DNA of 64,000 nucleotides from Balanoglossus misakiensis (Eukaryota; Animalia; Hemichordata): positions 5,944,699-6,008,698 of the forward strand of contig CM082581.2 in the NCBI GenBank assembly GCA_040954595.2, in the 5' to 3' direction. The notes beneath the pieces were generated by a model. It searched no databases. It saw nothing but the letters and a program-made list of their open reading frames with translations, and had not been told where the DNA came from. Numbering within the stretch: position 1 is the first letter of the stretch; each line of letters starts with the position of its first letter. Shown piece by piece: positions 24,901 to 36,094 of the stretch. The translations under genes and the position numbers were made by a program.

Positions 24901-27900
24901 GACTTTTCAGGCCTCCTTCTTTAGCTGTATTCATTGTGCCTGTACTGTGTAAAACACAAATTCGATTCAATTACATTTATTAAGACATCCATGCATGTGG
25001 TTTTGCAAATTTTCCTTCTATCCAGGGAGTGAAAAAGTGACCCAGAGATATTCTACTGCCAGCCTTGGGGGATATGATTCCAAGTACAGCGGTTCCGGGG
25101 GTTGTAGGAGACACAGCACTGCGTTCAGCTGGTACAGGAAGAAGAAAAGCAAAGAGGGAAAATCGAGGACCAACACGGAGAAAAAAGAAATGCTGGCATC
25201 ACCCATAACCATGATGTCTAATATGAATTTCAGTGGTAAGTATACAGTAATGTCTTTATGAATAGTACTGCTTGTTTGTACAGTCAAACCTGTGTTAGTG
25301 GAGACCTGTCTATAGTGGCCAATTTGTGACAGTCCTTGTGCAATTTACATGTACATCAATTGACCTGTTTATAAAGTCAACCTGTCTATAAAGGACAGTT
25401 TAGGAAAGTCCCTTGACTGGCCAGTATAGACAGGTTTGACTGTATGACTTAATGTATCACTTTTTTTGATTCCATGTGTTTTGTTCTTATCCATGCTTCT
25501 GCTTTTAATATGTCCCGAATGCTTTCAAGAATAATTAGTGTTGAACTTCAAATGAGATTTTAATTAACCTTTCCTCATTCTCTTTTTCCTTCTCGCAGAA
25601 TTTCTGGAATTATTCAAGTCTTTCAGTTTACGGTGTCGTAAAGATCTGAAAAACTTGTTTGAGAAATTTGCAGTCGCCAACAACAATGTGAAAGGCTCGT
25701 CCATGTCAAGTTCATTGTCAAATTTGGTGACGTCACCTCTGGAAGCTTCCACTGCAGCCACTGAAGGTAAGCTAACCAGAGGGGTCAGTCCAGTAATGTT
25801 ACCAATGTTGCATTACGTCACATTCACAGAATCACAGCATTTCATTGAAAATATAGAATGCCCAAACCAAGGTTTGAAGTGGAGATATTGGCGATTTTCA
25901 TTTAGTCTGATTATTGGAATCACAAATTTAGCACAGAATTACTATAATCAGACTTGACATTTGTTCATATTGCTGAATTGAAATTGAAATCTAGGATGTC
26001 CTGCTTTTGAAGGCATCATTCTGGATGTTAGTAATAGCAATTTTCAGATCAAAATCAGAATGAATTTAGTAAAGATTAAAAGGCACAAAGTGTCTCAATG
26101 TAATTTTTTACCCAATAAAGCAAATTCAAACATGGAACTCTTTTTTTTGATTTCCAGAAAGTCTGACAAGGAACACAGCTGAAGACATTTCCTATGAGAA
26201 TAACAGGAGAGTAACGGACGCCATCGCTGCGTCCAGTGTAGCTAACAACAGCACTGGAGTAGAAACCACGTCATCGACATCACAGGTCATCGGAGTCACG
26301 CAACTTCAGGATTTCCTCCGAAAAGAGCAAGGCCAACAGCTGAGTGAGGAGGATGTTACTACAATCATACTAGTGAGTATAGTAAAACCTGTCTAAACAT
26401 TGGTAGAGGACAACATAGCCTTCCTGTCGATGAAGTCCATAGCAGTTTTGTAGTTTTGACCACTTACTGTCATTACTGTGAAACTAATGTGCTCTGTGTT
26501 TTTTTAACTTAATTCCTGGTACAGAGGCATGAACCGAAAGCCAGTATGAGATCCAAGAACTGCTTCTCGTTTGAAGGCTTTGCCCGGTTTATGATGGACA
26601 AGGATAACTATGCCTTCCCTAATGAAGAAACGATAATCTGTCAACAGGTGTGTATTATTTGTCTTCTCAATCAACTCTTGCCAGTCTTAATGTCAAAATA
26701 TAATGATCCAGTCAATACCTGGGTATGATACCAATTAAGGAAATGACCAAAAACATAATTTATGCAATTTCAATTTTATACTGAAACATAAATTGTATTG
26801 ATTTCATTTTTGTGTAATGACAGGAACAGCACCATCCATTGTCTCACTACCTCATCGACTGCTCACACAACACTTATCTGACGGGTCATCAATTGAAAGG
26901 AGAGTCTTCAGTGGAAATCTACGCCCAGGTAATTAGCCATCATGAAAAATTGTGTTACTGATTAGAGATAATAGTCATCAGAATTCTTGTAATATTGTTG
27001 GTGTAACTAAATTAACAACTTGAACTGTTTAGATCTTACTGACTGGATGTCGATGTGTTGAGTTGGATTGTTGGGACGGTGATGACGGTTGGCCTATAAT
27101 CTATCATGGACACACACTGACAACGAAGATCAGTTTTAAGGTGAGTTTTTTGGAGAATTTATCAGAGTTTCCACTTACATAAGTGATTGCACTGTGGTAG
27201 AAAGCTTGTACGGGTAACATAGCAAATTTTGCTCAGCTTGAGCCAATGTTAAATGATGCAGTTATTCAAGACTTCTGTATGCCAGTACCACAACTACATT
27301 GTATCTGACATAAAGCAATACAGCAAGGTGCGCTGCTTCTGATATCAGCATTATTGATAATTGACATTTTTGTTATCGTTTTTTCTTCTTCCAGGAAGTA
27401 GTAGAGGCCATTGATCGAGCAGCATTTGTATCATCAGACTACCCTGTCATCTTGTCCATAGAAAATCACTGCTCAATATTACAGCAGAAACGAATGGCCC
27501 AGATATTTGTGGTAAGCCATTGCATACTCTCCTTTAAATTTCCACTATTAGCATGATTTGTACACTGTTTCAGACGGCATCATGTGGGAAAAAAATTCTT
27601 TGACATTTTGTTACATTTTTAATAGAAAACTCTCCCACAATAAACATGAAGATGGTTTGTTTCTCTGTGTATACACTTTATTCCCCTATCGGAGGACGAG
27701 CCAATAATATTATAATATAGTGTAGTCAAAATAAGTTTGCCCAGACGATCGAGGTACAGCAAGGGGGCCAGCCCTCTCCAGTGGTGAATATCAACAATAA
27801 AGTGTCTAACCTAGAAACTGCTGACTTCAGTAAAAAAAATCCTGTTTTTAATTCTTTTTTTTAAATATTTTTATTTATCCATAGCAAGTATTTGGAGACA

Positions 27901-30800
27901 AATTAGTCACTGATTTCCTGTTTGACTCCGACTTCAGTGATGACCCTCACCTGCCGTCGCCCGAGCAACTCAAACGCAAAATTCTCGTCAAGAACAAGAA
28001 ACTGAGGGCCTATCAAATGCCACTGAATATGCTAAAACAAAGGGTAAGTCAAGTTTAAATTTTGTCAGTTTGCAAAAATGTCTATAAGCTGTGTTGGTGC
28101 AGTGGAAACATACAACCTATGTTGCTAAGCTGAATAGAGGACATTTCATCATTGCCCTAGAGAGTCAACAACAAGAAGATGCTGTTGATTAGCAAAACTA
28201 AAATAATTCTGAAAAATTGGCCCAAAGTTACAGAAAATCAACCTTTAAAATCAGTTCATTGATGGAGGAAGATTTTGTATATGACTTATTATTATTACAC
28301 ATAATTAGTACTATTATATATTTTCCCTTAATTTTATAATACAGGTTATGAACATGATGAATCAACAGAAAGAGTTGACTTCGTCGCCTATCAGTACATC
28401 ACCCGTGGCCACGTCGCCTGCGACTGACCGTACATCCAGTTCTCTGCAAGAACAATCGGACGAAGAAGAGGACGAAGATGATGATGACGATGAAAATGAA
28501 ACCTTGGATGGTAAGGCAGGGTATAGAGATATATAGAAATGGCTCACTTAATTCACATATTAACTGATCAACGGAGATTGCAGGTATTTTTCATTGCATC
28601 GCAGGAGTGGATGCAGTCTTTCCTGCTGTGCTGTGATGACAGCGAACAGTGCCGACTGGTGTTGAATATTAGAAATATTTTTGTTTTTAATATTGACAGT
28701 TGTCATCGCCTTATCTTCAACTCTCTGTCATTTTCAGAACAGAAGATGATTTGATGTACAACATCAATTTTAAATCATGATATTGAGAATTTTTTTCTAC
28801 TGATATCTGATTTTGTTACTTTTTTTTAGACAATGTTCAAATGAAAACGGTTGAGGGCAATCTTGTGGAAGAGACAATGTCCAATGGCAACTCACCTCTG
28901 TTGAACGGTCGGCCTCCAAAACCCAGTGATGAAGATTTGTCGCCATCGTACAAATATGACACTATAAAACGGTCCAAGTCAGAAGAGAAGAATATCAAGT
29001 AGGTTTATTGTCATAGTCGTCCAACATGTGGTATTGTAGCTGTTCTGTTTGTCTGATCCAACACCAAGAGTCTTCAAAGTGATAAACTTGAACCTCACTC
29101 TTTCCTTCATTTGTGTTGTAGGAGAACTCAATCCATGTACGGCGAAGACACCTTTATTATGCCGCCGAAGAGCAATCGGAAAGAAACCAGTCACATTGCC
29201 AGAGAGCTGTCGGATTTGGTCATTTACTGCCAAGCTGTCAAATTTCCAGGTGAGGGTGAGAACCTGTTGGTTCCTACATAAATCTACTTCAAAAAATTGA
29301 AATTGTCATACAAGTTGCTCTTTGCTGGTTTCCCTATTATACATGTACTTACCTGAACAAATCCATAAGTTCTAAATGTGGTGTGTTTATTATGTGTAAA
29401 ATTCATATTGAACCAAACTAAATCATGTAGCAAAATAAAGCCTTAATTTTATGATAAACAATGCAGGATTTCCTGAGGAAGCAGCCATTTCCAACATGAA
29501 GCAGAAGATGCCAAGTAAAAAGAATTTACAGAAGACTTCATCGAGTAGTATTCAAATAGCAACCAGTCCCCAGTCTCCAGGATTACTTATAGGTAATTTT
29601 AGTATAAATGCAGATTTTTGAATTCTCCAATGAAATATAAGGATCACCGTGCTTGGTTGTAAAATTCAAGGTTGTGAATTTAGTTGATAATGGAAAAACT
29701 GCTGAGTCAGCATTTTTTTGCCAATGGGGTTTTTCTATGGGTGAATACATTCAACGAATTTTATCACAAAAATGAGCGCGGTGATCATACGATTTTATTC
29801 GACCGCTGAATTAAATTTCATTTGTCTGAGCTACGTGTAAATCTTCTTGAAAGTGACAATAGTGGAAGTGGGTTTTCTAGCAATTCTCAATGTAATCCTA
29901 TAGGAAGAGACAAATTCACGCGGTCATAGTGTACCTAAAACCTTAATGTTCACATTCTTGCAATGGTTGATTTCAGAGGGCGAGTCCAGCCCCAAAGTCG
30001 GCCGAGCAGATACCAGACAGGTCGGCAACGCAGACCCACTCTCAAAGTTCATGAAGACACCCAAGTGTTATCACATGTCGTCCGTCAATGAAACTGGTCT
30101 CAAGAAACTCTTCAGGAAGTTCGCTGCCAAGTTCATTGAATATCCTTTTGCAAAAAAAAAAAATGAAAATGTGAAAGTTGCGCACATATATGTACAGACT
30201 GAAGTGACAGGAATTTAATATACCTGCCAGAGTGCCGATCAATACTTCTTTTATGCAGGATATTAGACATGTAGAAGTATTTTGATTGATATTTGTGTGG
30301 CTGCCAAGCTATAGATTAGAGTGTTAGCAGCTAAGAGTGGCATGAACTATTTCAGCTAGGCATACTTTAGCCTTTTCGGAAATGATCATTTTCATCAAAA
30401 ATTTTACATTCTGATCCTTAACCATTTTTTGCTCACGCATACCGAAGATCAACTGATAAGGACCTATCCAGCTGGTATGAGAATTGATTCCTCCAATTAT
30501 AACCCAATTATTTATTGGGCATTCGGAATTCAATTGGTTGCTCTGAACTACCAAACAGAAGGTGAGAATTTTGCTTCGGATACAGAAGCGACAGAAGAAG
30601 GAAGATTAGAATGGATATTTTTTACTACATGTTGCACTTTCTTGACTTCTTAAAGAATGTTCAGATTAGGAAGCTTTTCTGTAATAAACAGTGACAGGCC
30701 TTTATAGGAAAGTTTTGTAGGCCACCCTTTCAACCTGAGTCGAAATTACTATTTGAAGTTGAAAGTAGCCTTGGATGTTGGTGATGATGACGACGACGAC

Positions 30801-30864
<64 letters not shown>

Positions 30865-33800
30865 GTGATGATGATACATACTGTATATCTGATTCATCAC
30901 TTATTCTGTCTTCATTTCACAGACCTCAACATGGCCCTGAATAGTGCCTTATTTGAACAGAATGGACGGTGTGGCTACGTTCTGAAACCGGAGTATCAAA
31001 TCAACAAATCACACCCACTATTCAGTAAATTCAACGGCTATGAGAAAGATATCGATGACATGGTTCCATGGTCTGTTGACATAACAGTAAGTAGAAAGAG
31101 TGAATCAATATTGTCCTGAAAATGTTAATTAGTTGACTTCATATCATTCAAACAAATAAAGTTGCTACCAAGTGCATTCTGTTGTACTGTTCTTATATTC
31201 GATTTGAATACTGATTGATGTTTCCCCGATGACACTCACAACAGGTGATTTCCGGCCAGTGGGTGTGTCCGAGCAATTTCACGGGCAGTCCTGCGGTCGA
31301 AGTGGAGATTCTGGGGATACCATCGGATTGTGCCAGGGGCAAGACCAAAGTTGTGTCCAGAAATGGTGTCAATCCAATATGGGGAGAGACTTTTACATTC
31401 CAGGTGAGAGTCTATTATCTTTGGTCAGTGTTTTGTTTAAATCTCAGACCCGTGTACTAGGAATAACCATATGCCTGGGCCAGGGAATAGAATAACGCAG
31501 GGTGTTGTGGGACAGTTTGCGTTCTGAGCGCGTGCATTAGCCATGTACTAGACGCTATGTTGAATGCAAATTATACCATCATGCATTGCACATACCCTAT
31601 CAGCGAAGTGGTCTATGGTGAGTTTGTGGTAATGAATGATTTTAGTTTGTTTTCTGTGCAGCAAGTACAATATAAAAATAATTATACATGTGAAGCTCTT
31701 AATAGCTAAAAAGACATAAATTTAGATAAACACACAAATTGTGAGTGTAAATTTAACCTTGCTGTTGTTGTTTGATCTTGTTTCACAGGTGGCATTACGA
31801 GATCTGGCCTTCATCAGATTCTCTGTGAATGATTCCAGTGGTTCTGGTTTGACTGCACATCGTGTCATACCCCTCAAGTGTCTTAAACCAGGTCAGTTTT
31901 GAATAACATGTCATATATTCAAATCTATTATTTTAAACATTTTTGACAGTTTGAATGTGCATGTTGTTGTCTTCTGTCAGACATTTTGTTGAGAAGTTCA
32001 TTATGATTATGATTCAGGTTTCTATTATCTATTATTTCTGATTATTAACCACATTTCCAACATCAATCCCCTCCTCGCACCCTCCCCCTATTTCCTACGT
32101 ATTCCCTCATTGCGTAAATCTCTCCACACCCTATCACACTCACTCATTACATACATTACCACATAACCAATCTACCCATCTACACTGACATCTTCCCACA
32201 CATCGACATGTGAGCACAGTGCCCTTGGCGCTATTTTTAGTAAACACTCTTGGAAAATGTATTATAAAATAATGAAATTTTATTTTGTCCATGTTTTCCT
32301 GCAGGCTACCGCCATGTGAGGTTACGAACTCCTCAAAACTATCCTCTTGAACTGGCAACACTCTTCATATGTACCAAGTTGAAGCAGGTTGAAAATGCAT
32401 TGCAGAGAAATGCCTTTGACGGCGAAAACCGAAAACAGTTCAAATCCAATCTTCTGTACTACAACATTGGTAAACTGGACACAGACAGCAAATCTGATTT
32501 CAGTGAGGTAAGAAACAGGGAGCCCTTCCACCCCCCAGTTTCCTCTATAGAGGTCCAACCTTACCATAGAAAACAATGGATTTGGACCGAACCATGGTGG
32601 TGAAAGGGTTAAAAATGTGTTATTAAAATTCTGTTCTGATTATCAAGGAATTAATTACCCAGATTTGACTGACAAAATGTCTGTGTTCAAAAACTGAATT
32701 TATTTGAACTCTTTTCACCCCAGTTGGGGTATCCTTCAGTGTGAGGTCATCCTCAGTAACAAAAACATGTTGTTTTGTTTGTTTTTAGATATTTGGTGAG
32801 GGTAAGAAGAGGCGAACATTTACTCTGGTAGTATTTGGATTGATTCCAACAGAACCATGTACAAGTCTTAAAGTGACACAAGAAACAATCACACAGGAGT
32901 TGATTGCACAGGTGAATGATTCTATAATCTCTGCATTTCTTTCAGTAATTAATCCATATCACAATAATGAACGTTATTTCTTTATTCTCTCTGAATGTTA
33001 TCCTTGCCTTGCTTTAAAAAAAACTTGCTTTATTCTGAAGAATGAATTTCTAAGAAAGATTTACGCATCAATAGCAGTGATTGCGATTTCCCAATTCGTG
33101 AATAAAACAGAATGGTTCCCTCACAATATCACATCCCATTTCACTCATACATCATTTCTTGATATCCCGTTAATGGATACACGGTTGACATCCGTTTAAT
33201 GGTTATTGCAATATATGTGCGTGTTGGCGCATGTTCTAATTTGATTTTGTTTCTCGGGCACCTTATTTATAAATCAGTCAACAAGATATACGCGTTTCAC
33301 TACTTCGTCAAATAGATTTACAGTTTTTGAGTTCGTGTGTCTGTTGACTTGTCCACTGAGCCAGCTAGAGCCCTTGTATTCACCATTGTTTGATGAATAC
33401 TTGATTAAAAATTATATATATTCTTGTTTTAACAGGCACTCGGAAAAGCGGGTAAATCACTCGATGAACTCGGTGATTTCACAGTGATGGAGGAAGTCCA
33501 GGATGGGTGGGGGGAGGAAAAGACTCCCGGGAAAACGTACAGAATCTTGGAAAAAGATGAAAAACTCCTGGAAGCCCAGGCCAAGTGGAAAGGAAGCGGT
33601 AGATTTATCTTCAAGCGGAAAGACGACGTGAGTATATCGGCTTTCTGTAAAACGCGATTGAGTGAGCCCAGACTGTCTACGATTTGCTCGTCCTCCAAAG
33701 CTTAAAGCTGACAGTCTGATCTCGCTTCTCGGATATTTATAGTAAGTGACATTTCGCGGAATTATACCGACGTGCTTTAGACAGTACAAGATTAATGAAA

Positions 33801-36094
33801 GCAGCTTAAAGTCAGACATGCTTGGATGACATAGAGATTTGTTATTTAAGACCACATGGTACCGGTGTGGACTGTTTCAGGGATTGATTTTGGATGTGCT
33901 AGAAAAGAGATTGTGTAAATGACGTATATTAAAAGGTGTTTTTACTGTGGGATCATTTCAGCTGCATAATACAGAGAGAAGGACACAGGTTTTTAGTTTG
34001 ACAGAAAAATACATGGTCAAGCTATTACTAATATCCAGTATATATTTAATCTGAATTTTTTTACATTGCCTTTGTCAAATTCCCATGTTTTGAATATAGT
34101 ATTAGTATGAATATGTATCCAAATATCAGTACTGCATGTGATAAGTGTTATTCCAAAAAAAATGTTTAAAGTGTATGAAATATATATAGTGCAATCTTTC
34201 TTCCTGCTGTGGTGGTCTGATAATTCGATGTGAAACCAACAATAATTTTCCATCATACAGAACACACTGTACACACGTGTTCAGGGTATAGTTTTTAGCA
34301 TTATTTTTTTTTGTCGTCTCCAAAGGTTTCAGAAGGTCACCCCAGTGATGTTGACAACGAGACGTTTCTGATGTGTGTGTACAACGTGTCCAAGGAACAG
34401 CCGTACACCATTTTCCGCTGCCCTGTTTCCAGCACTGCACAGGATGTCATCGCACAGGTAAAAAAACAGTGCTGGCATTGCACTCAGTAGCTGTTTCTAG
34501 AATTATTAGAGCAGCATATTGCTTGCAGATGAACACACTTGGTACCACACATGAAGCCCATTAAAGGTATACAGTCACCTCCAATTTAAATATGCCCACA
34601 TATGGCAGAAATGGCGTATTTGAGCGTTCTAAAGAACATATGGTGGCGCTCCTTTTTTTCGCGTGTGCCACCCCCTGAAAATCTGTGATTGGCTAGATCT
34701 CAATTTGCCATGGTAACTATAGCTAAATTTCCATAGGTGACCGTTAAAAATGCTTCTTCAGTTTGATATATGCATATTATTGTATTTACTGATCTACCAA
34801 GCTGTAATGTCAAAGAAAGCCATGATTAACTTTACCATTCCGTTGATGTGCTACACACATGCATGTACGTACTTTCTAATTTTTCATTTCACCACAGGCA
34901 ATGGCCAAAGCCAGACGACAAACAGGCGACGCAAAAGACTATGTCTTGGTGGAACATCTGAACAGTGAACTCACCGTGCACAGTGACTACACCAGCAAGA
35001 AAACAAACACTGCCAACAGCAAACCCAGACAGCGAGTCTTGGATGATTTTGAGAATGTCTGCCAGGCGCAAAGCCAGTGGAAGTCGACTGGGAAGTTCTA
35101 TCTCAGGGAAAGGGAACCGGTAGGACTCTTTATGACACCGGAATACTTGTTAAGGAAAAAAAAAACACTATTGAAGATTCATTCAAATTTAAATGCCATT
35201 ATTTTTGAAAATTATTTCATCTTATGATTTCAGGAGAAGCGAGGGGGCTCATTTTCACTGAAATGTCTGACGTCAGTGAGGAAGCTGTCTTTTGGCTCTG
35301 CTGTGCCATCAAGCAGTCTATCAACATCTATAGAAAACTCACAAGGTATGTTGAAAAAATGTTGCTATGTCTGTCACTTTGCTATATGTCTGTCTCTTAG
35401 TACATCCATCTATTCATCAATCCATTCAATCATCAATCCATTCAATCATTCATTCATTTGTTCATTCATTCGTTCGTTCATTCATTCATTCATCCATCCA
35501 TTCATTCATTCGTTCGTTCGTTCATTCATTCGTTCATTCATTCATTCATTCATTCATTCATTCATTCATTCATCCATCCATTCATTCATTCGTTCATTCA
35601 TTCATTAATTATTCCATTTATTCATTCATTCATTTTTTCATTCATTCATTCATACATTCATTCATTCATTCATTCATTCATTCATTCATTCATTCATTCA
35701 TTCATTCATTCATTCACTCATTCATTCATTCATTCATTCATTCATTCACTCATTCATTCATTCACACAATCATCTGTCAGTCCATCCATCTTATGGAAGT
35801 GTTGGTCAAACCGCCGTTGTTAATATCTGTTCAAATTTCACTCATTCCAAAACAGAGGACGACTTCCATGAACGTTCGAAGACGCTTCCTAGTAATTTCC
35901 GTGCAAGCAAGTCCCTGGACAATATATTAAAAGACAGAGGGAAGGATGCGGGCAGAATCGGCAGTCGAGATGATGACATACCACCCACCACTACCAGTAT
36001 CACAGTGTATAAAAAACACAGTCGACAGGCCGCCAAGCAACTCAAGAAACTCTCCTTCAGTAACTTCATGAAGACTTGGAAATCAACGAGCTAG
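15167..36094 (+). CDS. PLCE1: 1-phosphatidylinositol 4,5-bisphosphate phosphodiesterase epsilon (phospholipase C epsilon), 33 coding exons, ~2167 aa
   Basis: Phase-consistent exon chain read by eye: 15167-15928, 20343-20628, 21110-21348, 21658-21803, 22099-22342, 22687-22862, 23163-23844, 23933-24067, 24497-24599, 25026-25235, 25599-25766, 26158-26372, 26525-26647, 26824-26928, 27033-27140, 27395-27511, 27885-28043, 28345-28510, 28830-28998, 29122-29249, 29467-29592, 29977-30139, 30437-30561, 30923-31086, 31245-31403, 31789-31891, 32305-32507, 32789-32911, 33436-33627, 34326-34457, 34898-35119, 35234-35345, 35856-36094 (TAG). Total 6504 nt, divisible by 3. The combination of RasGEF, PI-PLC X/Y, C2 and two RA domains is diagnostic of the epsilon class. 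The start codon and first exon are the least certain part. Confidence 0.95.
20028..20176 (+). repeat. Dispersed repeat fragment, copy 2
   Basis: Direct-orientation match to 8910-9062. Confidence 0.8.
21110..22862 (+). CDS. PLCE1: PLC-epsilon CDC25/RasGEF domain exons (21110-21348, 21658-21803, 22099-22342, 22687-22862)
   Basis: Spliced peptide [12 protein letters not shown]...LVDRFNE|VSSWVT...[18 protein letters not shown]|...[11 protein letters not shown] matches the RasGEF motifs of PLC epsilon. Canonical GT-AG boundaries. Confidence 0.93.
22393..22652 (+). mobile_element. Dispersed repeat with TTAA-GG terminus (Kolobok-like non-autonomous fragment), copy 1
   Basis: Aligns by eye, in reverse orientation, with 29691-29946 (TAGGATTACATTGAGAAT..CTAGAAAAC..CACTTC; TGCTGAnTCAGCAGTTTT). 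The superfamily assignment is an inference. Confidence 0.7.
22981..23074 (+). mobile_element. piggyBac-like MITE (TTAA-CCCTTTCACC...GGTGAAAGGG-TTAA), copy 1
   Basis: TTAA target duplication with CCC...GGG ends; related copies at 32523 and 56482. Confidence 0.85.
23163..26647 (+). CDS. PLCE1: PLC-epsilon PH-like and EF-hand-like region exons
   Basis: Exon 23163-23844 (GLEEGFIDL...CFSILYG...LVHFVAP...LWYRGL) is PH-like. [18 protein letters not shown] and [14 protein letters not shown] are typical of the PLC epsilon EF-hand region. Confidence 0.9.
25279..25444. mobile_element. Tc1/mariner (pogo/Tigger-like) MITE in PLC intron
   Basis: TA|CAGTCAAACCTG ... CAGGTTTGACTG|TA, with internal repeated ACCTGTCTATA motifs. 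Confidence 0.85.
26824..28043 (+). CDS. PLCE1: PI-PLC catalytic X-box exons (26824-26928, 27033-27140, 27395-27511, 27885-28043)
   Basis: [81 protein letters not shown]. Both catalytic histidines are present. These short exons are missing from the ORF track. Confidence 0.97.
29122..31086 (+). CDS. PLCE1: PI-PLC catalytic Y-box exons, including the epsilon-type Y-box insert
   Basis: [19 protein letters not shown]...(insert)...CYHMSSVNE...[18 protein letters not shown]...[11 protein letters not shown]...[14 protein letters not shown]. Confidence 0.96.
29691..29946 (-). mobile_element. Dispersed repeat (Kolobok-like fragment), copy 2, inverted
   Basis: Reverse complement of 22393-22652; ends CC-TTAA. 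Confidence 0.7.
30140..30436 (+). other. U12-type (minor spliceosome) AT-AC intron in PLC epsilon
   Basis: 5' site ATATCCTTTT at 30140; branch point TCCTTAAC at 30415-30422; 3' end AC at 30435-30436. Removing it joins KFIE|[11 protein letters not shown] in frame (phase 2). Confidence 0.93.
30782..30876. repeat. (GAT)n microsatellite (intronic)
   Basis: GAT/GAC triplet run between PLC exons 30437-30561 and 30923-31086. Confidence 0.95.
31245..32507 (+). CDS. PLCE1: PLC C2 domain exons (31245-31403, 31789-31891, 32305-32507)
   Basis: VISGQWV...[13 protein letters not shown]...[14 protein letters not shown]|[15 protein letters not shown]...IPLKCLKPG|YRHVRLRT. Confidence 0.95.
32523..32612 (-). 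mobile_element. piggyBac-like MITE, copy 2 (inverted)
   Basis: Reverse complement of 22981-23074 (CCATAGAAAACAATGGATTTGGACC...CCATGGTGGTGAAAGGGTTAA). Confidence 0.8.
32789..35119 (+). CDS. PLCE1: Two Ras-association (RA1, RA2) domain exon pairs (32789-32911 + 33436-33627; 34326-34457 + 34898-35119)
   Basis: RA1: ...[28 protein letters not shown]2: [31 protein letters not shown]|AMAK...DYVLVE...[27 protein letters not shown]. Both RA domains have a phase-0 intron at the equivalent position. Confidence 0.92.
35410..35765. repeat. (TCAT)n / (TCGT)n degenerate microsatellite (intronic)
   Basis: Long tetranucleotide run in the last PLC intron. It explains the FIHS/SFIH ORFs in the track. Confidence 0.95.

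Noticed and set aside
35276-35930. FIHS/SFIH-repeat ORFs (and poly-D/M, MYVC, FYFIL, poly-I ORFs elsewhere)
   Set aside because: Translations of microsatellites.
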